Assembly (NCBI GenBank): GCA_012862495.1
Contig: BLSG01000114.1
Location: 176,688 to 225,896, forward strand
Direction of reading: 5' to 3'
Length of the DNA: 49,209 bases
Source of the DNA: Thraustochytrium aureum
Lineage: Eukaryota
The number at the start of each line of letters is the position of its first letter. Within the stretch, counting starts at the first letter, position 1. Below the pieces are notes generated by a model. It did no database searches. It was not told where the DNA came from and was given only the letters and a program-made list of their open reading frames with translations. Position numbers and translations under genes: made by a program. Below, one piece after another: positions 35,101 to 45,035 of this stretch.

Positions 35101-36582
35101 AACCTGGCCATCCTCAAGATCCTGACGGGCATCCTCGGGCCGGCCTTTGCGGAGAAGCCCACGCCGTTCGACTGGGACCAGGCCGGGGCCAACATCACCT
35201 ACTTGTACCTGACTGCGGCGGTTTTCTTCATGATCGCTCTCGGCATCGAGTGGGTCAAGGGCAACCCAAGAATCTACCGCATCCTTTACCGCGACCCCAA
35301 CGTGAGCGACCCGCCGGTCGAGCTGGACGACGACGTGAAGCGCGAGGAGGAGCGCGTCGCGAGCGGCGAAGCCGACCGCGAGGGGGACGCCATCGTCATC
35401 GACGGCCTGCGCAAGGTCTTTCGCGGCGGCAAGGTGGCCGTGCGCAACGTGTCCCTGGGCATCAGGCCGGCCTCGATCTTCGGCTACCTCGGGGTCAACG
35501 GGGCCGGCAAGACCACCAGCCTGAGCATGCTCACCGGCAAGGTGCTCCCGACGCGCGGCACGGCGCGCCTCGGCGGGCTCGACATTCTTCGCGACTCGCG
35601 CGCCACGAAGAGTTTGATCGGGTTCTGCCCGCAGTTCGACGCTCTGCTGCCGCTCCTCACCGTGCGCGAGCACCTCGAGCTCTTTGGCCGCATCAAGGGC
35701 CTGCGCGGGGACCAGCTTGAGCTCGCGGTGTTCAACCTGATGAGCAAGATGACGCTCCTCCCGTTCGAGCACAAGCTCGCGCGCTCGCTCTCCGGGGGCA
35801 ACCGCCGCAAGCTCTCGCTTTCCATCGCCGCAATCGGCTCTCCGCGCATTCTCTTTGCCGACGAGCCCACGACGGGCGTGGACGTCGTCTCGGCGCGCTT
35901 TGTGTGGAACGTGCTGCAAAAGATGGCTTCTGGCTCCTTTGACGGCGAGGCCACGGCCATCGTCCTCACCACGCACTCGATGGAGGAGGCCGAGGCGCTC
36001 TGCGACCGCATCGGCATTATGGTCGGCGGCCGAATGCGCTGCATCGGCTCTGCTCAGCACCTCAAGAACAAATTCGGCAACGGCCTGCTCTGCGAGATGA
36101 AGATTGGGCTCCCGTCGGAGGAGCAGATCTCCAAGCTCATCGCGTCCCACCCAGACCTACCCAGCCCCATTTTGAACGCCGACCTCGAGCGCGTTGCCGA
36201 GCAGCTCGGCTCGGTGGAGCGGGGCGAGCTCGTCCGAGCGCACGATGACTCGGCCTGGCTTATTTGGCACCACCTGGAGAACACGGGGGAGATTGATCTG
36301 GACACGTTCTTGGAGTGGTGGATCGTCGAGGCCGCGTTCCAAAAGGTGGAAACGTTTTTCGCAGATCACTTTAAGGGCACTACGCTCATCGAGCGCCACG
36401 GCACGCAGATGCGCTTCCAGCTTCCGTCGGCCAAGCTCTCCAAGGTGTTTGAGCTCATCGAGTCGAACCGCGACGCGATGGGTGTCACCGACTTTTCAAT
36501 CTCCAACCCGACGATCGAGAACGTCTTCAATCTGTTCGCCGCGCAGGACGAGCACATCGGCGTCGATGCGCCGACTATTTGA
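29157..36582 (+). CDS. Full-size ABC transporter, subfamily A (~2470 aa); one frameshift at ~33010
   Basis: LLRKNYVLKKR N-terminal motif and two TM blocks. NBD1: GHNGAGKTT, LSGGMKRKL, VDEP. NBD2: GVNGAGKTT, LSGGNRRKL, ADEP. Also GSSLFLK, GSAQHLK and SLEQVF. Removing one C at ~33010 restores a single frame. Confidence 0.95.
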
Positions 36583-36843
36583 GGACCTGTGCGCTGGGTT
36601 TTGCATTCCGAGCTGGGGAAGAAGGAGGAAATAGAAACCTCGAAATGTGTTTGTTGAATGTTAGTTTTTGACTCTGTCCGCGCGTCGCTGGCACCATTGC
36701 AACGCGACGTCCCCGGACCCGCTTGCTTGCGGGCGGCGGCGCTGTGGCCCACGTTTCTTGCTCTAGAGGGAGAAAAAATGTCGAGAACGCGTTTGTTTCG
36801 ATCGGCGCGAGCTCCCGCCACAAGGCGGTGACAAACAGCATCA

Positions 36844-37937
36844 TCACAAAACAAGGCTAACCATCCCGTCCGGCGCGTGGTGGTGCACGCACTCGAGCAC
36901 CGCGCCTGGGGCGTGATGTTCGCGGCGCGCAAACTCTACCCGCACCTTGATACCGTTCACACCAGCCTGCGTCCAAACGCGGCCAGCGGCAGCCGCGGCG
37001 AGCTCCGGCGAGGTCGGCTCCCCGAATACCTCCTCGTAGGCGTGCGCGACGCGCAGGGCGAAGGGCCGCTTTGCGAACTCTGCACGCTGGAGCTCGTGCC
37101 AGTACCCGCCCCGCCACTTGCGGGATGGCGCGCGGCCGTCAGTCGGCGCATCGAGAAGCGCGCGCGCGCGATCGGCCGCAACCTCGGCGAGCGACAGGGA
37201 CTCGTCCGAGAGCACCCGGCGCGGGATGTTGCCATCCATCCTAACGACGCCCGCAGTGAGGTTGCAGGCAGAGTTTTCCGGGCAGCCGACCCAGACGTCG
37301 CTCTCGATACCACAGAGGTCGACGCCGCGGCGGAACCGGAAAACGCCCTCCGAGGCCCAGTTGTCGCCCCACGAGTTTTTGATGGTCCAGTACTCGAAGC
37401 CGCTGTTCCTGTCGGTGCCCCATCCGATGATGCTGAGGCAGTGGCCGCCGACCTTGGAGGTCTTCTCGGTCGAGTTGTAAATTCCCAGCGGCTGCGCGTT
37501 GAAGAAGCGGCCGAAGTTGTCGTAGTAGTCGATGCAGACGTGCAGGGGGCCGTTGGTCATAAGCTCCACCTGCATCTTGCGGACCTGCTCGCGCATGAGC
37601 GGGGCCTCCGAGGCCGGGCGCGGGACGCCAGTGTAGTCTCGCGCAGCGAGCCCCTTTTCCATAATCCAGCCGAACGAACCAGCTTTGTAGGTCTGCGGCG
37701 GCGCGCCGGTGTCTTCGCACTCGGCGCGCACGCCAGAGCAGCTCTTACAGCCGTTGTTGAAGGGGTCTTTGGGAGGAGCACTTGCCGCTCGTGTATGGCG
37801 TGCACCCGTTGCTGCCGTCGAGCGTCATCGTGCTCACGCCATGCACGTAAAAGAAGCGCCACGCGTCGGCGGCCTCGCCCCCGTTGCAGCCTGCCGAGTC
37901 GGGGTAGAGGTTTTGTCCTCCACAAAGTTGCCGCAGC
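36844..37937 (-). CDS. Cathepsin B-like papain-family (C1A) cysteine protease; 5' part and catalytic Cys in the gap; frameshift at ~37770
   Basis: GCNGG...AWRFF, GCTPY, ELMTNGP, GGHCLSIIGWG (catalytic His), YWTIKNSWG (catalytic Asn) and RGVDLCGIES. Confidence 0.88.
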
Positions 37938-38789
37938 NNNNNNNNNNNNNNNNNNNNNNNNNNNNNNNNNNNNNNNNNNNNNNNNNNNNNNNNNNNNNNN
38001 NNNNNNNNNNNNNNNNNNNNNNNNNNNNNNNNNNNNNNNNNNNNNNNNNNNNNNNNNNNNNNNNNNNNNNNNNNNNNNNNNNNNNNNNNNNNNNNNNNNN
38101 NNNNNNNNNNNNNNNNNNNNNNNNNNNNNNNNNNNNNNNNNNNNNNNNNNNNNNNNNNNNNNNNNNNNNNNNNNNNNNNNNNNNNNNNNNNNNNNNNNNN
38201 NNNNNNNNNNNNNNNNNNNNNNNNNNNNNNNNNNNNNNNNNNNNNNNNNNNNNNNNNNNNNNNNNNNNNNNNNNNNNNNNNNNNNNNNNNNNNNNNNNNN
38301 NNNNNNNNNNNNNNNNNNNNNNNNNNNNNNNNNNNNNNNNNNNNNNNNNNNNNNNNNNNNNNNNNNNNNNNNNNNNNNNNNNNNNNNNNNNNNNNNNNNN
38401 NNNNNNNNNNNNNNAGGGAGGGAGGGAGGCGGTGGACTCTTGACACCTCGCCGCCACAACCAGGACAGACAACCACCGTGACCGTGACAGGCAACCGTTT
38501 TTGTGACGAGCGCCATGGCCCCGCGCAGCCACGCCCGCACGAGCGCCCTCGAGCGATGGCGCCTCGGCTCGACGACCCACCGTCCTTCCTGCACGAGCGC
38601 CCTCGATCGATGGACGCCGCCGGCATGCTGCCTGCCTGAGCCAGTGAGTAGAGCAGCTGCTGCGCCGCCTTCGCCGTGTTCATTTGTCACCGCGGCCTGC
38701 CCCTGCCCGCGAGTCGACCGGCGCGCGGTGCCGCCGGCCTGGGGAGCGGTGCCACGAGGCGACAAGCGGCGTGGGCGGCTGCTTGGCCA

Positions 38790-38860
38790 GCAGGCAGGCT
38801 GGCAGGCTGGCTGGCTGGCAGGCTGGCAGGCTGGCTGGCAGGCTAGCAGGTTGGCTGGTT
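38790..38860. repeat. (GGCT/GGCA)n tetranucleotide microsatellite
   Basis: caggcaggctggcaggctggctgg... read directly, ending ~25 bp before the transposon's left end. Confidence 0.9.
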
Positions 38861-38885
38861 GGATTCTTGCCCTTTCGTCGTCAAT

Positions 38886-38922
38886 CCCGTCCTCTTGCTC
38901 ATATGTTCTAAATATCGAACAT
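38886..38922 (+). repeat. Left imperfect terminal inverted repeat
   Basis: CCCGTCCTCTTGCTCATATGTTCTAAATATCGAACAT versus the reverse complement of the right end, CACGCCCGACTTATAAAATGTTCGAAAATTCGAACAT: 25/37 ungapped matches by hand count, 17/20 in the inner part. Confidence 0.65.
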
Positions 38923-39131
38923 ATGGTTGACCCAGCTTGGCCTTTTTGAAAGACATTTTTGGTTGACAGAGTTGTTTCTGCTCGAAATTTCGAACATCTT
39001 GAAAAAGATAGATAGAAAGGTGCAGTGAAATCGTTTCGTATAATACCGTTGAGTCAAGAGTGAATCACCAGTCAGGAATTGAATCAACGAACAAAGAAGA
39101 TTCCAAGTATAAACGATGAAGGTCTTCCAGA

Positions 39132-42100
39132 TCACTTTCTCATTGCTAGAACTGCAGCAAGCGACGTCTCGGGATCGTGGAAGACACCTGCACAAGTCTT
39201 GGATCCAGGCGGGTCTTTGTGCTTGCGAGCATAGTGCAGTGGAGCCCGGCATGTCTTGCACTTTGAGGTTGTGTTCTGGTTGCAGACGATGCACCTGAAC
39301 TCCAAGACCTTCCTCTTTTCTCCAACAATGACGAAGCCACTGCCTGCCGATTCGTGCGAGTTGCTGCAAGTCCGGAGTTTCCATCCGTTCCCATTCTTGT
39401 TGAAAAACCAGTTGAGGCGGTGTCGCTTTGGGGCATTCGACCGGATCGAATCGAGGATTTGAGTAGTCAGTACGGTGTGACCGTTGCAGCAGGCCTCTGC
39501 AGCAGCGATGCGCTCCTGCACCTGATCTTCAGTGAGCATCATAGTGTCTCGCTTGGTTTTGGCACAAGCAAGGAGTTCAGAGCCCAGATACCAAATGAAG
39601 TTCGCCAGCGAACCGACCTTGGCACAGGACAACCTGAAACTGTCCACACCGTCCCACGTGTCGACGAGGTCACGACAGGCGTAAATCGAGTAGACGATTT
39701 TAGAGTTGACGGCGATATCTGCAACAGTGCGGAAAAGAACAGAGCGCTCCCAGTCAAAGTGCATGTTCTTCTTGAGGATGCTTGCAACGTACTCGCTCGA
39801 TTTGTCCACGCCAATCTTGTTCCTCGAGTAGAACCACTGCAAAAGTGATGTGATGCTACGAATCGGCACGAACGGACCATCTCTGTCAATACGCCGCCTC
39901 AATGCCTTCCACATGAGGAAATGAGACAAGAGCTTGGTCGCATCCGCTTCCGCAACGTAGGGAGGCAGGACCGGGGGGCTGCCAGGCTCATCGTCCAGGC
40001 TCGCTTGGGCCCAAAGGCATGCCTCGGCTGCGGGCTTGAGCGAGTCGATCCACGTCTCCTTCCACTGTGCCTTGACATGGACAAGACACGAAAAGTAAAC
40101 TGCGGACGTGCTCCCGTAAACAGCTAAAACGTAATCAACGCCTAGCACGACCGCCTGGTGGATGAGTTGTCCTCGATACTCCCGAGGAAGGGAAAACCAA
40201 ACCTCTGACCCGACCTCGCAAGCAAAGTAAGACCCATGGGCGTTCGCCAGCCCGTCAATCAATCCGATCGTCTGGCCACTGACCTTCGTTTTGAACTCAA
40301 CAGATGCCAGGACCGTCGCACTCACGTCGGTACGATCCGCACCAGGTGGGTACACGAACGCAACCCCATCTGGAGACACAGCCAAGTGCCGATGTGCCGT
40401 GGACTGAACGAGTCCGATGTTGAAGAATTCATGCACGAACCCTTTCAAAGCAAGCTCGGCAACCATGCCGTCCTCGTTGGTGGTTCCAACAGCCATGGCA
40501 AATGTGGTTGGATGCCCAGAGGAGGGCTTCGTATCGTTGAACAACCAGCTTGCTTGAAGCATGCGGAAGAGCTCCTCTGGTGATGGTGCAGGAACGTCCT
40601 CGAGGACACCTGGACTCTTTTGCAAGAACGCACGCGCGCCAATGTGCGACCGCGCAATCTTTCCTGCAACCGTACCGGTTACGACAAACCGTCGCATGTG
40701 AAACCAGTCCGCGCACCTCTGACCGCTTGTAAGTGGTGTGCAAGAGACACGCAGCAGGTCCTCAACGATCTTCCGGCTGTCCCCTGCAGCTGTTTCGCTT
40801 GGGTAGAAGAGCCACCGACTTTGTTCTGTTGCGTCCGGAGGAGAATGACACGGCTTGAAAACGAAGGTGTTGGCCATGTACTCCTCGCCCACGACACCGC
40901 ATGTGATGAAGCGAAGGACTTTGCACGTCTTCTTGCCGCCGTACTCACGGACTGCATAGCTGAACATTTTCCGCCCATCCACAGTTTTGGTCGCTGTCAG
41001 GATCGTTTGCCCAAGATCCCTGTCATCATCCAAGACGAAATCCGGCGCAACTTGGGCTGATTCCATGCTCCACCCGCGGCTCTCGTAGTACGACTTTCGC
41101 TCTGCATACGCTTGCTTGGCGATCATCGGCGTGCCGCCTTTAGCGCCCTCTGGACAGACAAACATGCAGTTGAGATTGTTCGCACCAAGCAGCTCGTGCT
41201 GGTCAACGCTTGCGAGACCTCGGTCTGCAAACACAGTCACACCCATCATCGCTCCAGGCCGAGCACGTTCTACCCTGTCCAACATATCAATTAGACACTT
41301 CGTTTGCGTCCAACCCGTTTCTTGATAACGCTTGACCAAAGTCGCCCCAAAGACTGCGTCGTTGAAGCAATCTGATTTGTGCCCGTTGCTCTTCGCTTTG
41401 CGATCTGACTGCGACGGGTTGGGGTTGGGATTTGACAGAGATTTCGTCCCGTGCTGCTCGTCGTCCTCGGTGACAGTGGAGTCCTTGTTCAAAAAGAGCT
41501 CGAGGGTGCTGTTATATGCGCGGCACTCCATTTCGCGGAGGTTATTCGTGCGACACGCCATCGAAGTGTGCCTCGTTGCTGTTGCTTTGCTAACTGGCTG
41601 CCAAGCACGGCACAACCTTGCGATGAAGCGAAACCGCGGTTCAGAGAGCACAACCGCTCCCAAACCACGCCCTTCAAAGTAAGGTTTCATGTGATCCAGT
41701 GCGAGGTCAACAGTCACCTCGGTGGAACGCACAATGAGCAGAGTCGCAATGAAGGCGTCAAACTCCCACTCTTGGAGACGCGGTTCATGTTGTATGTTGC
41801 CTTGCATATTGAACTCGGCAGAGGCCCATTCAAACATCGAGCTTCGCAGCTCTCGAAACAAGTGTGAAAAGCAGTCGGCGCGGGAAAGAGTCCCACTTGT
41901 CTTTCCGTGCGCCAGCTCCAAGTTGACGATGTTGTCCCGAATGCACTCCACGTTTCTGCGCGTCATGTCGTCCAACCCAAGCAGAAGGGCTTCGTCTACA
42001 GAGACGATCTGAAACTCTGTCGGTGGTTTCAGTGCCGTCCAACCCTTGGCGTAGTCGAGCGCACCCCCTCCGACACTCGACGGGATTTTAACTCGTTCTG

Positions 42101-43037
42101 CCCTCAGTTCTGGGATGTCACACCTTCTCCTTGGACGTTTGCGAGGCCGGGCGTTTGACGCAGGTTTCATGTTCGCACGTATCTTCTGCTTCTCCGCAAC
42201 AGAAAGACCGTAGTACTCGCATTTCTTGCTGCTGCTTCGAAGATGTCCTGGTTTTTGGCACAAGGAGCACACTGGCTCACTATTTTTGTTTTGGCCTGAG
42301 CCCGAACTCACCGGCCGCATTAGCTCATCATCACTGTCGCTCTCAAAAGAATCAGCCCGGACATTGACGCTTGTGCTGGCCTGCTTCGGACTGCGTGGAG
42401 GTGGTTGGTCTGTCATTCGTGGCCGTGGTCCTGGTTTCATGAGATCGTCATCACTGCTGCTCTCGGATGCGTTTGGCGAGGCAGCACGACGACACTCCAC
42501 GTCAGCCGAACTAGTCATCTCCTCTTCGATATTAGTGTGATCGAGGGGCACCGTTTGCTGCACGTTCAGGCTCGTTTCAAACTCGGCTCGCTCAAACACA
42601 TCCCCCCATTCACCACGTCGAAGGACAGGAGGGAACGCAAGATTGGCAACGTATGTGCTGTGGGCCTTGCAAGATACCGGGCCCTCTTGGCCAGTTGCGA
42701 TCGCACAAAGGTGATGCACTGCTCGTTTGCAACCGCTGGACGAGCAACTGCGCTTGGTACTTGGCGCAGGCATTTTCGGCTCGTTCGCATCAGCAAACAA
42801 GCAGAACTCGACAAGGTCGCACTGCGTGCTTGTTGTCTTGGCATGATCCTCAAGTGGCCCTGTGACTCGGACGACCACCTCCTGCTCTGCATTTTCTGGC
42901 AGTTCCATCCCGCAAGAGCTCTCCAACGTCGGCACGATCCTCTGCGCTATGCCTGTTCTCGCTCCGAGTTCGTTGCGCGGGCCTTCAAAGCTCACCTGCT
43001 CGAACTGCTTCTGGTGACGACAGCTGACACCACACAT
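39132..43037 (-). CDS. piggyBac-like DDD transposase with inserted YqaJ/lambda-exonuclease domain, PHD-like finger, zinc knuckle and C-terminal Cys-rich domain
   Basis: D1 TVTEDDEQ, D2 TVFADRGLAS, D3 YSRNKIGVDKSSEY. YqaJ motifs QRCADWFHMRRFVVTGT, AMAVGTTNE, GLV...LAVSPDG, VEFKT, YRGQLIHQ. C-terminal CIVC...CKTCRAPLH...CAGVFH. First ATG is at 43037; the ORF track's 43055 start is TTG. Confidence 0.88.
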   Translation of the reverse strand: MCGVSCRHQKQFEQVSFEGPRNELGARTGIAQRIVPTLESSCGMELPENAEQEVVVRVTGPLEDHAKTTSTQCDLVEFCLFADANEPKMPAPSTKRSCSSSGCKRAVHHLCAIATGQEGPVSCKAHSTYVANLAFPPVLRRGEWGDVFERAEFETSLNVQQTVPLDHTNIEEEMTSSADVECRRAASPNASESSSDDDLMKPGPRPRMTDQPPPRSPKQASTSVNVRADSFESDSDDELMRPVSSGSGQNKNSEPVCSLCQKPGHLRSSSKKCEYYGLSVAEKQKIRANMKPASNARPRKRPRRRCDIPELRAERVKIPSSVGGGALDYAKGWTALKPPTEFQIVSVDEALLLGLDDMTRRNVECIRDNIVNLELAHGKTSGTLSRADCFSHLFRELRSSMFEWASAEFNMQGNIQHEPRLQEWEFDAFIATLLIVRSTEVTVDLALDHMKPYFEGRGLGAVVLSEPRFRFIARLCRAWQPVSKATATRHTSMACRTNNLREMECRAYNSTLELFLNKDSTVTEDDEQHGTKSLSNPNPNPSQSDRKAKSNGHKSDCFNDAVFGATLVKRYQETGWTQTKCLIDMLDRVERARPGAMMGVTVFADRGLASVDQHELLGANNLNCMFVCPEGAKGGTPMIAKQAYAERKSYYESRGWSMESAQVAPDFVLDDDRDLGQTILTATKTVDGRKMFSYAVREYGGKKTCKVLRFITCGVVGEEYMANTFVFKPCHSPPDATEQSRWLFYPSETAAGDSRKIVEDLLRVSCTPLTSGQRCADWFHMRRFVVTGTVAGKIARSHIGARAFLQKSPGVLEDVPAPSPEELFRMLQASWLFNDTKPSSGHPTTFAMAVGTTNEDGMVAELALKGFVHEFFNIGLVQSTAHRHLAVSPDGVAFVYPPGADRTDVSATVLASVEFKTKVSGQTIGLIDGLANAHGSYFACEVGSEVWFSLPREYRGQLIHQAVVLGVDYVLAVYGSTSAVYFSCLVHVKAQWKETWIDSLKPAAEACLWAQASLDDEPGSPPVLPPYVAEADATKLLSHFLMWKALRRRIDRDGPFVPIRSITSLLQWFYSRNKIGVDKSSEYVASILKKNMHFDWERSVLFRTVADIAVNSKIVYSIYACRDLVDTWDGVDSFRLSCAKVGSLANFIWYLGSELLACAKTKRDTMMLTEDQVQERIAAAEACCNGHTVLTTQILDSIRSNAPKRHRLNWFFNKNGNGWKLRTCSNSHESAGSGFVIVGEKRKVLEFRCIVCNQNTTSKCKTCRAPLHYARKHKDPPGSKTCAGVFHDPETSLAAVLAMRK

Positions 43038-43120
43038 TCGCGAGCCCACGGACAAGTCAGGTTAGGGCTTGGAAACCTGACTCAACCCGCTCGCCGCCCA
43101 CAGCGGGTCGTAAGGCATAT

Positions 43121-43180
43121 ATGTTCGAATATTCGAACAAAACATGTTCGAATTTTCGAACATTTTATAAGTCGGGCGTG
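43121..43180 (-). repeat. Right terminal inverted repeat with two tandem TGTTCGAA-NN-TTCGAACA palindromes
   Basis: atgttcgaatattcgaaca (43121-43139) and atgttcgaattttcgaacat (43144-43163), ending ...gggcgtg at 43180. Confidence 0.7.
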
Positions 43181-43489
43181 ATCATAGACGCGGTCGGACA
43201 GTGGCGGGAAGGAATGGGTCGTTGATCGCTCGCTGTCTCCATCGGCATCGCTGCTGGCTTCAATCATCCCAATCAAGAGCAAGTGGTTGTCGCAGCTGGT
43301 GTTGTTGTTGCTGTTGCAGATTGGGACGCGAGCAGACTGCGCTGCGCGGCCTGCACGCAATCCGCTGCGAGCGCTTTCCGGACCGCGGCGGCTGCTGAGG
43401 AAGAAAGACTCTGCAAGGAACCCCGCCGCCGCGCCCCGCGCACGTGGCTGGCACCAGAGTGGACCAAGGCTGCGCGCTGGTCGCCCGCC

Positions 43490-44845
43490 ATGGACCTCGA
43501 GCGCGGCAGGCTGTACCTCAAGGCGATGCTCGTCGGGATAGCCATTGTGATGTCGGTGACCTGGCTCATGCCAGACGCAGAGTGGTTCGGAGCAGCAGAG
43601 CCCGCCACTCTGTCGATAGAAGTCAACAGAGGAGCGTTCGTGCATGTCCGCAAACAGGGAGCTAGGGGCGAGGCAACAACCGCAGGAGGGGCCGACTACG
43701 AGGCCTCGCCCTCGATCGGCGACGGAGGCGCACAAGTCCTCTTCCTACCCTGCAAAGTGGACGGGTACTGGAGCAACGTGCGCCAGGTCGTCGCGTCCGT
43801 ATACATGGCCCGCAGGTTCAACCTGACGTATGTCGACCAAGACCTTTTCTTCAAGTTCCAGGACACCGGCCGGATATCCGGGGTCCGCGGTCCCATCAGC
43901 GTCTTCGAGGTCTTTGACCGCAAACACATGGATCTCTACTTTCGCACCGCGTCGCAGGATGAGTTTTGGGAAGGGCCAGCTTTGCAGAGCCCCATCAGAA
44001 GCAACATCAGCTACGCCGGTATCGACCAGGGCGTGCGCTGCGAGATCCGCACCAGCCATCACAGTCTCGAGAAGCATTTTCTGCGCTGGCTCAACCTATA
44101 CAAGATCGGCAAGTCGAAATTTGTTCAGAACAAGTACACGACGCGCCCCGAGCAGTGGAAGCTGCTCGAGTCCCTGTCCTGGATGCCGCCCTCGCGCAAG
44201 TTTATTCTCTCCGGGACGCCGCGCTTTGAGGAGGTCATCAAGGATTACCAGCTCACGGCAATATACCGAACGCGCCAAGACCTCCCGAAGTTCTTCCTGG
44301 AGAGCTTTGAGGCCATCCAGTTTGCGCCACACATTCGCGCGCTGCAAGCTCGCGCCCGCGAGTTGCTTGGAATCGAGGCGAACGAGAAATTCATCGCCGT
44401 GCACATCAGGCGCGGCAATACGTTTGGCATCGGCGGCAAGTCTGGCCAAGCCAAGGTAGACGACGTCGTGGACGCGGTGTTGCGCGCCAAGGAGTGCATC
44501 GGCGAGCCGGTGAATACGATCTTCATCTCCACCCTGCGCCCGTATCTCAAGAAGGAGACGGATATTCTGCAAGCCGCTTTCCCGGACGACCGCGTGGTCA
44601 CCGTCGGCGTAAATGACGTGACTTGGGAAATGCTCGAGCCAGGCCTGGGAGAGAAAAACACGACGATTACACGAGCTGCGGTTGAGATGCAGTTCTGGTT
44701 TGCAGCTGACGCCTTTGTTGGCTCGCGCTCAACCATGAGCTCCTTTATTCAAGTCATGCGTATTGCGCACCGCACGGGCGACGCGTGCAACCGGTTTTCG
44801 CAAAAGGCCTGGGCCGAGGCAGAGTCTGCCAAGCCTGTACCTTGA
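43490..44845 (+). CDS. GDP-fucose O-fucosyltransferase-like type II membrane glycosyltransferase
   Basis: N-terminal TM (AMLVGIAIVMSVTWLM), GYWSN, FIAVHIRRGN, IFIST and ADAFVGSRSTMSSFI correspond to fucosyltransferase motifs I-III. Confidence 0.75.
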   Translation: MDLERGRLYLKAMLVGIAIVMSVTWLMPDAEWFGAAEPATLSIEVNRGAFVHVRKQGARGEATTAGGADYEASPSIGDGGAQVLFLPCKVDGYWSNVRQVVASVYMARRFNLTYVDQDLFFKFQDTGRISGVRGPISVFEVFDRKHMDLYFRTASQDEFWEGPALQSPIRSNISYAGIDQGVRCEIRTSHHSLEKHFLRWLNLYKIGKSKFVQNKYTTRPEQWKLLESLSWMPPSRKFILSGTPRFEEVIKDYQLTAIYRTRQDLPKFFLESFEAIQFAPHIRALQARARELLGIEANEKFIAVHIRRGNTFGIGGKSGQAKVDDVVDAVLRAKECIGEPVNTIFISTLRPYLKKETDILQAAFPDDRVVTVGVNDVTWEMLEPGLGEKNTTITRAAVEMQFWFAADAFVGSRSTMSSFIQVMRIAHRTGDACNRFSQKAWAEAESAKPVP

Positions 44846-45035
44846 ATGCCTTCGAAACGAAGGTGCAAGGCCCGTTGTGCGGTCGAGCTCTGTCGTCACG
44901 CCACCGGCTCGCAAGCGCGTAGACCATGCCAGATTGGGCGAGGGCTTGCATGCGGGGCATCGAAACCTTCGACTGCCTTATGTGTTCAATGCTCAACCTT
45001 TTGTCCCGGTGCGTTCGCCCAGCCGCTCTTATACC

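Larger units (their letters stand above)
38886..43180 (-). mobile_element. piggyBac-related DNA transposon encoding a transposase-YqaJ exonuclease fusion
   Basis: Abrupt drop in GC, a single transposase ORF, imperfect 37-bp TIRs (38886-38922 and 43144-43180), palindromic subterminal repeats, and AT flanking both ends. Confidence 0.8.

Noticed and set aside
33154..36150. Long antisense ORF (998 aa) and similar shadow ORFs over ferlin, the kinase and ABCA
   Set aside because: These are expected reverse-frame shadows of GC3-rich genes and have no domain motifs.
40080..40745. YqaJ domain as a sign of a prophage or giant-virus insertion
   Set aside because: It is in frame within a transposase, and no capsid, polymerase or other viral genes are nearby.
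43162..43170. ttataa as a piggyBac TTAA-like target site duplication
   Set aside because: There is no counterpart at the left end, and symmetric alignment places it inside the TIR spacer.
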